A DNA stretch of 63,775 nucleotides, counting the filler, from Conidiobolus incongruus B7586 (Eukaryota), in assembly GCA_000697335.1 (NCBI GenBank). It is 8 parts of 8 records of this genome, joined end to end, with 100 filler letters (N's around TTAATTAATTAA, not from the genome) between each part and the next. Parts side by side here need not be neighbours in the genome. Positions count along the whole stretch, not along the records: positions 1 to 16,059 come from JNEM01006109.1; positions 16,160 to 25,094 come from JNEM01006112.1; positions 25,195 to 36,345 come from JNEM01006114.1; 5 more parts are not named here. One strand, 5' to 3'. The notes beneath the pieces were generated by a model that was given only the letters and a program-made list of their open reading frames with translations, searched no databases and was not told the DNA's origin. Positions 12,785-25,639 of this stretch are shown one piece after another (the stretch's first letter is position 1; every line of letters starts with the position of its first letter). A program made the translations under genes and the position numbers.

Positions 12785-15700
12785 AATTTGTTAAACTAAA
12801 AGCAGATCAATGCAATAAATATAGTGACTGATTAATACTAATTATAATTAGAATTGATAAAAGAATTTAAATCGACATTTAATTGGAATAAAACCTATTT
12901 AAAAAAATCAACAGAATACTGTTAGTATGAATAAATTAAATTAATTGAAAATAATTACTTTGCTAGAATTTGTTCAATAATAAATAAAATTGAACAAATA
13001 ACTTTAATAATACAATAATATTTTAAAAAGATTAATATTATATAATCTATAATATTATAAAAAGTGTTAAATTAATCTATGAATATAAATAATGTAATAT
13101 GCTAAAAATTTGTTTTTATAATGGGTTAATAATAATATTAAATCTAATTAATTAAATGGTGGGATTTGTTTCTAAAAGTTCGACTTCATTATCAATTTCA
13201 AATTATCCACCCAATTACATTTATGATGTAATGAATATCAAATTTCTCCCCTCTTCTTCTCCTCTTCCCCCTTATCCTGGAGTCTTCAGTATCTCATCCC
13301 AATTGATTAGTTTTTAACTTATCTGAATGATTATCACTTTTATATACCTATACTTTTGTATTTAGATATATTTTAATTAATTATTTCTTTATACTACTAC
13401 AAATTAAAAACTTACTCCTCAACTAGGTTTATGAAATTATATTATGAGAAAATTAAATCAATTTGATTCCACTATTACTCCAATTCCATCTTGATTAAAT
13501 CTTTCGCCATTTAACTTTTGGAACAAAATATAAATACAATTATTTTATTCAAACAATTAATCTACCTGAAACACTCATTTTATTGTATAAAAGACTTAAT
13601 ATTAGTTTTATTATTAATGAGATATAGTGTAAGCAAACTTGAAACAAGATATCAAATTCAGCTCATCCAAATATTAATTATCTAAAGCTGTAAGTATGTT
13701 GAATATAACTTGATTTCTATTTAAAAAAATTAATTGTTTAATAAAATTTTAAAATTAGCATATAGCCATTAAACCTAAGTTCGATTTTGTTAATAGTATA
13801 TATGAGTTTCTATTCTAAAATATAAATCTAATCTTTCATTGTTATATATTTTAAAATGCTAATGTATGTATTATAATCAAATATCTTTCAAATCTAGTTA
13901 ATTGATAAAACATTTGAAATTTTAACATATTAATTTCATAAAAATTATATTATTAATATGTTCTAAATAGAAAAATATTGATATTACCTATTATTCAAAC
14001 AATATTTATAAAACATGAGTAGTTATATGTTGATTTGATTGGCTTAATATCAATATAGTTGAGTGACTTTGAATTGAAAATACATTGTTGGTTGGATTAA
14101 AAAATTATTGAATATATTTTACAACTGAAATTGAATATTATGTAAAATCAAAGCTTTAGGAAAATACTCAAAATATTCTTAAAAATAATTAGATTAATTA
14201 TATATAGTGGAAGAGATAGTCAATAGAGTTTATTTATTATGTATGAATATCAATTTTAAATTTTACTTCAAAATACATTTATATCAATTAATTAATTATA
14301 AAATTCTTTATTAATAATTTTCCTTAAATACCAATTGAAAAACCATTTGTTAATCACCATATTATATTATAATATGATACAATCAATATCATTAAATCAT
14401 ATTCATATTATCCGAGAAAATATATTCGGAGATGATTTTATCAAATTTGAAATTCTGATAATAAAATTATTCGCACTTTAAATCCTTCAAATATACATTT
14501 TTTTCATTTATTTATCATTTCAAACTGAGTTCTGATAATATAAACAATAATTAAAATTCTTGATGGATATAATAAAAAATACGCAAATATTGGCATATAT
14601 TTGTAATTGTTAAAATATATTTGGATCTCTAAATTATCTTACTTGGCCTATTCAAGTTAAATATCAAATTTTATAATTCACTAATTCATTGAAAAACAAT
14701 ATTACCGAAAAATATTGGAGATGACTTTTCAAGTATGATTTAATATTTTAACTTATTTATGATATTATAAAATATCTGGACCATAATTAGCCACATAAAT
14801 AATCAGAATTTTTATTCCATTATAGTCTTTTACGTTTTTTACTCTGTTTAGGTATTTGATTTAACCCTCTAAGTCATATAATTTCAAATCAATTCAAATT
14901 TTTGGATTAAGATATTTTTATTTGAAATGATTTTTGGGCTATGGACATAATTTTATAATTACCAAATCTAAAATTCTTCAAACATATTATATTAAAACAA
15001 TTGTTTCAAGTTAAATCTTAATTTAAATAAATCAAATAAAATTAGACTGGAATCCTAGACAAAGTAAAAAGCTTGGTAAAAAAGAATATAGTGACTTATA
15101 TTATAAATGTGGTGGTAAGTAATATAACAATATTATAACGCAAAGGGAAAAAATAGATTTAATTAAGAAATATTACCCCTTATATGATTAGATACTAAAA
15201 TTGTCAGTACATAATATCAATAACTATATGAAATTAAGAGTAACAATATTAAATTTCTGAGAATAATAGTTAAGGTTAAAAAAGAAAAGGGAATCTATTT
15301 ATTTCTAACACCACTATTCACATAGTAAAACTGCATAATATCAGATTTGGGGATTAATAATGATATCAACTTAAATAATTGAATAAAATTTTATATATTA
15401 AATCAATTATAATAAATTCAACAATTGGCTTTTCAAGAAAAATGTATAATATCCAATTATACTTAAATTTTGATATTCTATATTTGATATAAAGTATCGT
15501 CTTTAAAATCTCTCAATTTATTTCTTTTGTAATAGGCATATAAGTGTGATTATATTGATACTCTAGAAATTAAATAATAATATATCTCTATAATCAAATT
15601 TTAATTTAAATTCTAATATGAAATATGAAAGAAATATAAACTATAAAAATTAATATTCTCTTCTATTATTATAAACTTTTGCTATAATTTTAGCAAGCAT

Positions 15701-15979
15701 CTAATACATAAATAGTGATTTTTTATTATACACTGATATTTGGTGTTTTATAAATTAATTAAATTTTTTGATAAAATATTTCCTTCATATAATTATAATT
15801 TTTAATTACTCAAAATAACTATACTCATATAGGTTGCCATCCAGTAGATTAATTAAAAATAATAGGTTTTTAATTTATTTTTATATAATAAATCTATTAT
15901 ATTTTTAAATTAATATTATTCAAAATTACAATAATAAAATATATATTCTTAAATTAAATAATCATATCAATCTTATTTT

Positions 15980-16059
15980 TATTTTGAAATTTAAATAATA
16001 TAAATTTTTTATAATTAAAAATAAATAAACATTTTGATATAAAATATATAATAATTATA
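15980..16059. mobile_element. Degenerate terminal (TIR) fragment of the mariner subfamily seen at 50654 and 63775, cut by spacer
   Basis: attttgaaatttaaataatataaattttttataattaaaaataaataaacattttgatata aligns by eye with 50654-50715 (ttactttataatttaaataataggaatcttttgtgattaaaaaaaataaacattttaatata); very AT-rich, so weak. Confidence 0.4.
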
Positions 16060-16159
16060 NNNNNNNNNNNNNNNNNNNNNNNNNNNNNNNNNNNNNNNNN
16101 NNNTTAATTAATTAANNNNNNNNNNNNNNNNNNNNNNNNNNNNNNNNNNNNNNNNNNNN
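16060..16159. other. Artificial contig spacer N44-TTAATTAATTAA-N44; also at 25095-25194, 36346-36445, 48101-48200, 51066-51165, 57627-57726, 62580-62679
   Basis: Seven identical 100-nt blocks with a six-frame-stop core; several truncate genes or transposons. Confidence 0.98.
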
Positions 16160-19100
16160 TAGTTTTTTAAATTTTTAAATATATTTTTATAGTTAAATTA
16201 ATGATATAAATAATATTAAATCATCTAATAAATGAGTTTTTCTTAATATTTATTATTTCTTATTTTTTCTATTATTTGTTAAAATTAAAACTATATTCTA
16301 TCAATATTATAATATATTGATATTATCTAATATAAATCTTAATATATTGGTGACTTATCCTAGTTTAAAGTTTAATTACACTTTGTTTACACTTTTATAT
16401 TATATTGTCATATTCTATGCTATATTACTTTTATATTAATTTTTCCTCTATATTATATTAGTTTAATTATCATTATATTAATATACTTATATTATTTTTT
16501 TAGGAATATTAACTTTTCTTATTAAAAGTTTTAAAATCTTATTATTTTATCATTTAAAATTAATTAAAATATTAATGCTTTATAATTTAAAATTCAAAAA
16601 ATTAAATAATAATAATAATAATATTATTATATATAATTATTTCAAAATTTAAAAAGATAAAATATTTTTATCACCATCAACCAAAGCTAATTATATCAAT
16701 ATTTGAATATTAGAAAATAAATAATAATTATATATTATTATATTCAAAATAAACTAACTTTTTATTATTTTACCTCATAGATTAAAGTTTAATATTACTG
16801 ATAAATTATCATTATTAAATAAAGATCACATATAATCTGTTAATAGATTATTAAAAGATTTGGCTAAATAATTTGTATATTGATTTTTAAACTAATGGCC
16901 TTTATTTATTTTCAAATCAAACTGACATTATTTTTTGTAATTTCTATTTTCAAAATTACTGATTAAATTATTAAGTATTAAAATATATATAGGAAAGATC
17001 ATCTTCAATAGTTTTATCACTTAACTGATCTATTTTCTGTATGTAACTTTTCAAATTCTAAATACAAGTAAAAGTTTGTTTACATCACTGGTAGTCTATT
17101 GGGGGATGATTTATTTGAAATATGGTTTCTCTAAGCCTGGTTGTTTTTCAAATTCCAGGTAATTATGGCCTTTATATTTTTCTCATTGCTAACATAATAT
17201 AAATTAAAAATTACAAAATTCTAAATATAAAAAAATAATTATTAATTATATAAAAATATTTAATTTATGTCATAATAATATTAAATATTTTATTTGATAA
17301 AACTTTAAAATTTTCATGTATTTATTTGATTTTAATTCATAATTTACGCACCTTTCGCATGTCGAATATAGTAAATGAATAAACCTTATTCGTCAATATA
17401 AACATTGCACAAAACAATATGTCGTAATGATATTTAATTCGGCTTTTGATTTAAAATTTTATGATAGATGACTAACATATTTTTTAAATGAATAAATTAT
17501 TTTCAGGGAAATAAACGCTGAATATAAAATCGAAATCATGTTTCCTTTAATAACTCGAATTTGAAATTATTATATAACACTATAACCTAAATCCATAGTA
17601 TTTTCTAGACATCATTTTATATTACAAATATGATATTTTAAAGTAGATTTCAAAGGATAGCACTCATAGTCACACTTAAATTAAATATAATAAAATGCTA
17701 ATACTTGAATTTTAAAGATAAGAGTTAATTGAAAAATTATTGTCATTTAATCCAAAGATTTTAGTTTGCTATTAAAACAACAATGCCATGGAATATATTG
17801 TTATCACTTTGAAATTTAAAATATTGATACAACATAGCGTTGTTTTCAATCACAGACTATTATTTTAAATTGAATTCATTGTCATTACATTATTATAGAC
17901 ATATCCTGTTTATATTCGACAATGAAAAGTATTAGATATTCCATAAATGCCAATTTAATTATTTTTAATTATAAATGGCAAGCTAACCCGGGCTATTAAA
18001 TCATCAATCAATAATCACGAAATTCATTTTATATGAAAATTAGATTCTATTATATTAACAATCACAACCCGTGTAATAAAATATTAAAACATATATAATT
18101 AGTATAAATTATATACTTCTATTACTATAATGATTATCAATATGATATTAACTTCGAAATAAGCATTAATTTTCATTATTCAAACTTTGCGATTATTATA
18201 ATATTCAAATTAAATTGGATAAAATTGTGTTGAGTTATTTTTTAGTTTTAACTAATATACTAACTGCTTTGATAAAGTATTAGGAATATAATTTCATTAT
18301 TAAAGTGAACAGATTGTTTATTCAAGACCAAACTTCGTTTATTGAGTTGGTCACATAATAAAATAGGTTAGATTTTAAAATAGTTAAAAGAATTTAAAAA
18401 AATCTACAGATATTGAAATAATGGCAATTGTTAAAGGTAATATGGCTAGAATGTAGTAAATTATAATTGAAGATAAAAGTTTTAATAATTCGTAGACTTG
18501 GATGAGTTTACTGTCTATCAAATATAATAATATTGAATGGTTGTAATTTGGATATTTAGTGGCATTAGCCTCTTGATTAATATTCAAAGTGTTTGATTGG
18601 AAATAAAATGTATTTTAGTCAATTATTAACGAAATATAAATGTTAATCAAAATAGTATATAATATTAATATTTATATCTATTTATACCCTATTTATCTTT
18701 GTGATATTTTAATGTTACATTTATATTCAAAAATATATCATAATCTAATATTTATAAATTTAATCTGTTAAGAAATCTGAATATGTTTAATATAGCCGAC
18801 ATTCACTTAGATCAACCTCCGTGTTGCATCAATATTCTATCTATAGATTTGTTGTAGTTTCCTAAGTTTGCTCATTTTGGGAATCAAACTATTCAAGTGA
18901 AAATCAATTTTTTATTTGTGATGTCAATAGCTTAATTTGTGATTTATTGATCTTGATCAAATCAGAAAAGTTAAATTATTAATTCATTATAAAGATAATA
19001 TATATTTTTAATGAAAATTAATCAATAGAATATATTATAATACATATAATATTAAAAGCTTAAAATGATTGCAAAATTTGATTCAATAATTCAATTGAAA

Positions 19101-19456
19101 ATTGAAATTTTATCTTATATAATATGTGTGTTAGATATATGCATTATGATACATTTATACATTTATACATTTTGTTATTGTTATTTGAGTGTGATATCAA
19201 TTTGATTCGATCATCATATTATAATGGAATATTGAATTTAATAAAGGCAGTAAAAGAATATTAGAGTGATTGGAAATATAATAATTTAATCCATTAAAAA
19301 TATATAAAAAAAGACAAGTTAATATCTACTTTTGATCTTTTTAGCTAAATAGATGAATCAAATAATTTAATTTATATAAACATATTTGAATTATGAATTA
19401 ATAAATTTCAATCAAATAATCCCATATTGGTAATAAAATTAAAGAATAGCAGAAAT

Positions 19457-22100
19457 ATGGTCAGATGAGATAATCAAAATGATTTAGAGAGTTAAATTGA
19501 ATTGAATGACAACTGATTAAGTAATTGATATAATGGGAGAAGATATATTTCCACAGTTCCGTCTAGAAGGTGATGAACTTTATAATAGTACAAATCCTGA
19601 CTTGGATACCCTAATGTTAACTCAGCAAAATAGAAATGAGTCAATAAGCAATATTAAATATATTGTAATATCTTGAAGCATTAACTATTTAGATCAAAAT
19701 TTATTACAACAGGTTTAAGCTGTACTTATTATAAAAATTAGCCAATGTATTATTTAAATTAATATTCAATTTTTAGAAAGATATGCAGATTAATACTTTA
19801 ATGGCGAATATAGAAAAGTTAAAATCCGATTTACAAAATAAATAAGGTCAAATAACGGTTATTACCAGTAAAAGAAACAATGTAATATTATTGGTAGTTT
19901 ATTAATACCAGTTGATAATATTTATTTTCATAGTCGGAAAACGAGTATATCACACTAAAACAAGTGTGTAACGAAGTATGTATAAATTTGATGAATAAAG
20001 CTACCAATAACAGATCAATTTTAAAAAATGACTTCAATTATATGAAAAAAGTAATTATATTACTAGAGCTATTATAGTATAATTATTTAATATCAATTTC
20101 ATTCACTAGAACTGTGTCCAACCTACGAGTAAGAGCTTTACACAATTTTTCTTCAAAACAAAGAGTGAATTCAATTAAGCCTGATGATAGTAAATGAGAA
20201 AAAGTATTTGGCATTTTATATATTCAAATCAGTCATGTTTATGCATTGAATTCCCATCAATTCAAGCCATCATTACCACAATTCAAAATATATCCGACCA
20301 AGGTGTCTCGCCAATTAGTTCAACTGTCAAACGGTATATTCCCAATGGCAATGTTCTTTGGCTCGATAGTGTTTTTGTTTGCTTTATTAAGTATATTCGT
20401 TCTACTACTAGGGCTTGTCTTGATGTATTTTTATTTGGATTTTGACTAATGAAGCTAAATAGCCTAACTTGAATATGCTCCGATTTATAATTCCTGATAA
20501 TTAAAAAGCAAGCGATATCACTGAGGATACTATTAATTAATATCTCAAATCCAGTATTCTAGAAATCAAAAGATTATTTTGTTCAACACCAGGTAATTAA
20601 ATTAACCTTATTAAAATACCTTGATTATTATTTTATTATAGAAAATGAATATTTGACCCAGTTCAATGACATGTTACTTTTAGTTATGGATATTCGACCT
20701 TGGAATTCTAAAGAGTAAAATCAATCAATTACCTAGCATATCATTTAGATACACTGAATTACTAACTGAAATGATTAATTTAATCAAGAAAATAATTGAA
20801 TCTAGTCAGGTAAGCTAATATTTTCTTATATAACAATATCATCAATTTCTAATTATTTGATAGTATGAACGTTGTGCTTCAATATGGTACATATTTACCA
20901 AACTATCAACTACTTTTACGTCATTTTGTCTCACTTTTGTAATTTTACACCAAGTAATTAACAATAAAATATTTTATAATATTAATAGTTTCATTCTTTT
21001 GACAAGATAGGTAAAATCTTAAGTCTACTTGAACAGTTTTTTAATCACTGTACACGGTATTCAAAACTTACTTTGATGCCTTTTTATATCTGTTTACACT
21101 TTAATGAATATATCAAATCATACTCCAAAGATATTTCATTAAGATTAATTAATTATCAACATTAAAAAACAGTTATTACATGTACATCCTTTTTTAGATA
21201 TGTTTTCATTTGCAAATTTATAAACAGTGATCAATTCAGTATAATGGAATATGTATTACAATTTAATTTGAATTATTTGAAGATAATATTAAATTTAATT
21301 CAAGTTGATACTATGTTTTTAATATATTTAAATCATCATAGTAATATTCCATTATACAGCGAGATTATTATAAATTATTACTTGATAGTACGTCATTTGT
21401 TTATCAGTTTATTGAATGGATGAATGATATTATTCAATGGAGTTTAAACAATGCCACATTAAATAAACAAGTAAATCTAATATGTTTTGTTTGATTCATT
21501 ATATTCATTGAATTATGTAAGAGAATTTTAAATATCATAATAATTTAATTTAATAGTATTCAAATTATACAGGCACGATCCAAAATATTTTTACAATATG
21601 GTCAAACTTGTACGAATAAAAGAAATTTTTTCAATCACACATAATTAATTATCTGGATTTGAATTAGAACTCTGGTGATATATTAGTTAATCTAATAATG
21701 GGCCATATTTTTAATTAATACTACGCAAGTGCTCATACAAGATTGTTTCAAATTTATAGAATTTAAAAATTATCAATTGTTGAAAAATACAGTAATGTAT
21801 TTATATAATAATTTATTATAACTTTAATTAACATTAAATATAGGTTGAATTCTGTGCTAAAAAAACATTATCTTTTTTAATTGATTTAATTTATTTAATA
21901 TTTGGGCTAAAAATGAATTATCAAAATTTATTGTAATCAAATAATTTATTAAATTATTAGAATATCATCATAAATGAAAATCACTTTGACTTAAATCTTG
22001 CTATCAAAAATAAATACCAATAAAATAATATTACTACATTTTTTTATAATTTTTAGGTGAAATTTGATGGAAATTGAATACTTTGATTATTTGGAAAAAG
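19457..22100 (+). pseudogene. Decayed multi-exon gene; N-terminal coiled coil reminiscent of Rad26/ATRIP; 3' boundary approximate
   Basis: Retained GT-AG introns (19713-19776, 19882-19933, 20051-20109 and more downstream) join exons QQ|KDMQINTLMANIEKLKSDLQNK*GQITVITSKRNN|SENEYITLKQ, with in-frame stops and frameshifts. Confidence 0.5.
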
Positions 22101-22225
22101 ATTAAATAAATCCCATAATCAAAATATTTAATTAATTTATATCAATTTGAATAAATTTTGCTTGTTGACAGTCTTTTTTCCAATTAAATTTAGTTATTTA
22201 TCATTTTTGAATAAATTAATTGGAA

Positions 22226-22749
22226 ATGGAGAATAATCAGTTGGAAGAACAAATTAATCAAATTGATAATTTATCAATTCATAATAACAATAATAACAAT
22301 GCTGGTAATAATGGTATAAGCCAATTGGATTTTAAATTGGTTGAAGAATTAAATAATGAAAGTAATAATATTTCGAATCAAATCAACGAATTGATGAATG
22401 AATTAAAATTTAATATGAATCAAGTAAATTTTACTACAAATTTTCATTGAATATTATTGATAATAATATATGTTGTTATAGTTTTCTAATATAACTCTGC
22501 AATCGATGGAATGTTATCATGAAGCCCAAATTAGTTTAAATGAAAATTTGTTAAATGCTCTAGAGCTGAATTTAAAACTAATTAATCAAAGTGAATCACT
22601 TAATACACAGTTCAATCAATTAGATTTAATCAAAGCTAAAATGTAAATATATATTTAATAGATTATATTTAATAGATTAGTATTAATATAAAATTTTTAG
22701 TAAATCCATAAAAAATCATTTGGATCAATTAGAATATCTATTAAAATAA
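22226..22749 (+). CDS. BORCS6: BORC subunit 6 (Lyspersin/C17orf59)-like protein; exons 22226-22423, 22482-22642, 22701-22749
   Basis: Spliced product LDFKLVEELNNESNNISNQINELMNELKFNMNQFSNITLQSMECYHEAQISLNENLLNALELNLKLINQSESLNTQFNQLDLIKAKIKSIKNHLDQLEYLLK resembles the BORCS6 C-terminal domain pattern; two canonical introns, open frame. Confidence 0.7.
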
Positions 22750-22857
22750 AGATACTGTATTTTCTCAATTTTAAATAATCAGTTTAACAATTTGCTCAAT
22801 AATTTTTCATTCAGTTTGTTTGGTATTTTTTTTAAATATCAGAGTAATTAAATAACA

Positions 22858-24057
22858 TTGAATCATTTAGATGCTGCTTTAATAACTCGATCTTTAAGAC
22901 CTATAAGGACATATACACATCCAGTCAATGTATCAAAGCCTTCCCAACAGTCAATCAATAACACCGAAACTAAGGAAATCTACGTAACTGAAGAGAACGA
23001 ATATAAAAATTTAAAATTAAAATCAGCACATTTAGAAAATCAGTTAGAAGCTATTGAAATTCAAAAGGAGCTGATCATACAAGAGATCGAGTATGAAGAG
23101 CAACAAATCCAAAGCTTGAACTTGGTGTATTATGAGTTTCAAGATCAATTTGATAATCATTAAAAATTTATATTACCCAAGCTAAATAACTAATACGAGT
23201 TAAATACTAAAATTACCAATTTAAATAATAACCTGACTGATCAAATTGAAAATAACAAAGAGCTAAAGATTTAAAAGCGTATTTGGTAGACAATTTAGAA
23301 TTAATTTGGAAGAACTGGTTTGAAAAAACTAACTCCGAAGTGGAAGTAGAAAGGAGAAAGAGCTTCGAAATGAAGAAGAGCGTAGACAAATTGACCTTTC
23401 GATTGGTGATTGCTTAAGTCTCATCGAGTTGGAGAGAGCAACAATCCGAATCAAAGATTATGATAGACCAACTGAAGAGCATTTCCTTAAATTCCCCCAG
23501 AGACTTTAGACGAACCAAAGACCTCACCAGAGTTACCTGAAGATAGCAGCCATATAATTTGTACTTTCAAGTCTGATCTGGCTTATCCAAAATATGCCCA
23601 ATACCAAGAATTTGTCATATCATCAGCTTTCAAAGGTATGTCCCAAATGTCCAATTTTATGAAGGCAACAATTGCAGAAGTCATTGAGCCAAATTCAGTA
23701 CCGATCAGAAAACCCGATCTGGTCCAATAGAAGATAATTTATGAACAATCTACTTGAGAATCGCATCCAAATTAACTACTTCAACTTAAATAGATCTAAC
23801 GCTCCCAAATTTGGCCAGTGTCCTCTCTGTAACTTTTCACTACCTATCCAATCCAATATCACTATGCTATTACCTAATCAAGCGCCACAAACAATTGCAC
23901 AAGCTTCGAATCTCAATTAAGTGTAATTATAGCACTCGACACTCTTCTTCGCGATTTCAGGGACCCCAGCTACATTTAATCAAATGACGATTATCCCAAA
24001 CTGATACAAGCCAAACACTAATTATTGTTAGCAAGGACAGGAACTCAATTCGACTAA
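22858..24057 (+). pseudogene. Sec2/Rabin8-like Rab GEF pseudogene
   Basis: Ordered motifs across several stops and frameshifts: coiled coil, LEELV..EKTNSEVEVERRK, YQEFV, FMKATIAEVIEP, FMNNLLENRIQI, CPLC, KLIQAKH*LLLARTG. Confidence 0.65.
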
Positions 24058-24411
24058 GTCTCATTAAATTTATCAGTAATTGCTTACTAATTTGTTTTAA
24101 AAAATATTATTTTCAAGTTGAAAATGTTAACAAAATCTATATATAGTGTAAGTTTAATTCGTATATTTTTTATTGTTTATTTTTTTGTGACTTAAATATT
24201 TATCAAAAATTTTTGTATATTTATTAAAGTTATGATCCCATAATTTTTGAATTTTGAAATTAAAACTTAAATTCGATAGAATTTATTAATTATGAAAGCA
24301 AAAAAAAAGGTTTTTATCACAGAACCATTACCCAGTAGTAATTACTATCTTTAAATAAGTAATAACTTCATCTCTAGTTAGAGCATAATCAGAACTCATC
24401 TTACTACAACA

Positions 24412-25094
24412 ATGCCGGTGGAGGTCATCCCGAACCCGGAATCTAATCTTCAAAGGGGAGAAACCCCTCCAGAGGTACCCGTACCACAAATAACTTCGTT
24501 TGCGAATATCCTCCGCAGTGATGATGCCCTAGTCCCCCGATCCCAAGGATCCAATGCCTTAATCATCAACGCCAGTAGAACCAACTTGATGGATAATAGA
24601 AAACCAATTCCTGGCTACCCCACCATTACCCTCACCCTTGAACAATTAGCTGGGGAAGCCTTCAAGTGTTATAAACAGTTCGGAGCCACCTCGCTGGACA
24701 CCCGCTCAGCCAATAAGTATATCGAAATCTCCTTCCCAACTCGGGAAGAAAGAGACATTGCCCTCGATACCAATTTCTCTTGCCAAGGTAACTCCTTCAA
24801 ACCTATCAAAGCTTACGTGGAGGACGAAGCCATTAGAAGAGTTAAGATCACTAGATTACCCAACAATGCTGACACTGGAGTGGGCACAAGCATGGAACAA
24901 GTCCTAAAACCAGAAATGGAAAAACTGGGAACAGTACTCTCCATTAAACACTTACCCTTCGGACCAGCAGCCCCAGAAGCATATTCACACATCGCCATTG
25001 CAGTTATAATCCCAAAGAAAGAATACGTAGAGGGCACCAAAGAGTTCCCAAGACAAGCTACCATTGGAAACAAACTGGTACAAATCGACCCAGA
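24412..25094 (+). mobile_element. Non-LTR retrotransposon (L1/Tx1-like) ORF1, 5' part, truncated by spacer
   Basis: Intronless, GC-richer, A/C-skewed ORF; RRM-like ORF1 pattern YIEISFPTREERDIAL...VKITRLP...LKPEMEKLGTVLSI...FPRQATIGNKLVQI; the contig breaks inside it as expected for a repeat. Confidence 0.7.
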
Positions 25095-25639
25095 NNNNNN
25101 NNNNNNNNNNNNNNNNNNNNNNNNNNNNNNNNNNNNNNTTAATTAATTAANNNNNNNNNNNNNNNNNNNNNNNNNNNNNNNNNNNNNNNNNNNNTTTTAT
25201 AATCAAAGTTCATATTTTTAAAATAAATTTATTTGTATAGTTAATAATAAAAATATTAAATAAAATTTTTCAAGGTTACTTATTTTTTAAATTTATTATA
25301 TTTGAATTTATATTAATATATAACTATGGATTTTTATTTTTCAATAAAATATAAGAACTTTCTCTATATATCAATATGTGAAAATATTTAAACAAATTAT
25401 TATTTTAAATTTTCATATTTATATTGAGTATTTTGAAAATAATTAATAGGTCTGATTTCTCCAAATATCCAGTGGTTCAAAAAAATTCATTATTTTTTGA
25501 TTATTATTCATTGAAACATATATATATATTTCATCTTTATTTTGATATTATCGTTAATAACAGTGAGTGATCTAATATTTCATCATATTCTCGTTATATA
25601 TAATATTACGCTTTAAGTGAATTTCAATAAAAATTAGAA

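Noticed and set aside
13244..13300. Polypyrimidine tract upstream of OGT
   Set aside because: Common fungal promoter-region feature; nothing specific can be supported.
14405..14735. Two similar segments (ccgagaaaatatattcggagatgattt / ccgaaaaatattggagatgacttt), possible decayed LRR gene
   Set aside because: Only two short degenerate units and no sustained reading frame.
16060..16159. Repeated palindrome TTAATTAATTAA flanked by Ns (7 copies)
   Set aside because: Artificial six-frame-stop contig spacer. It is not biological, and true distances across it are unknown.
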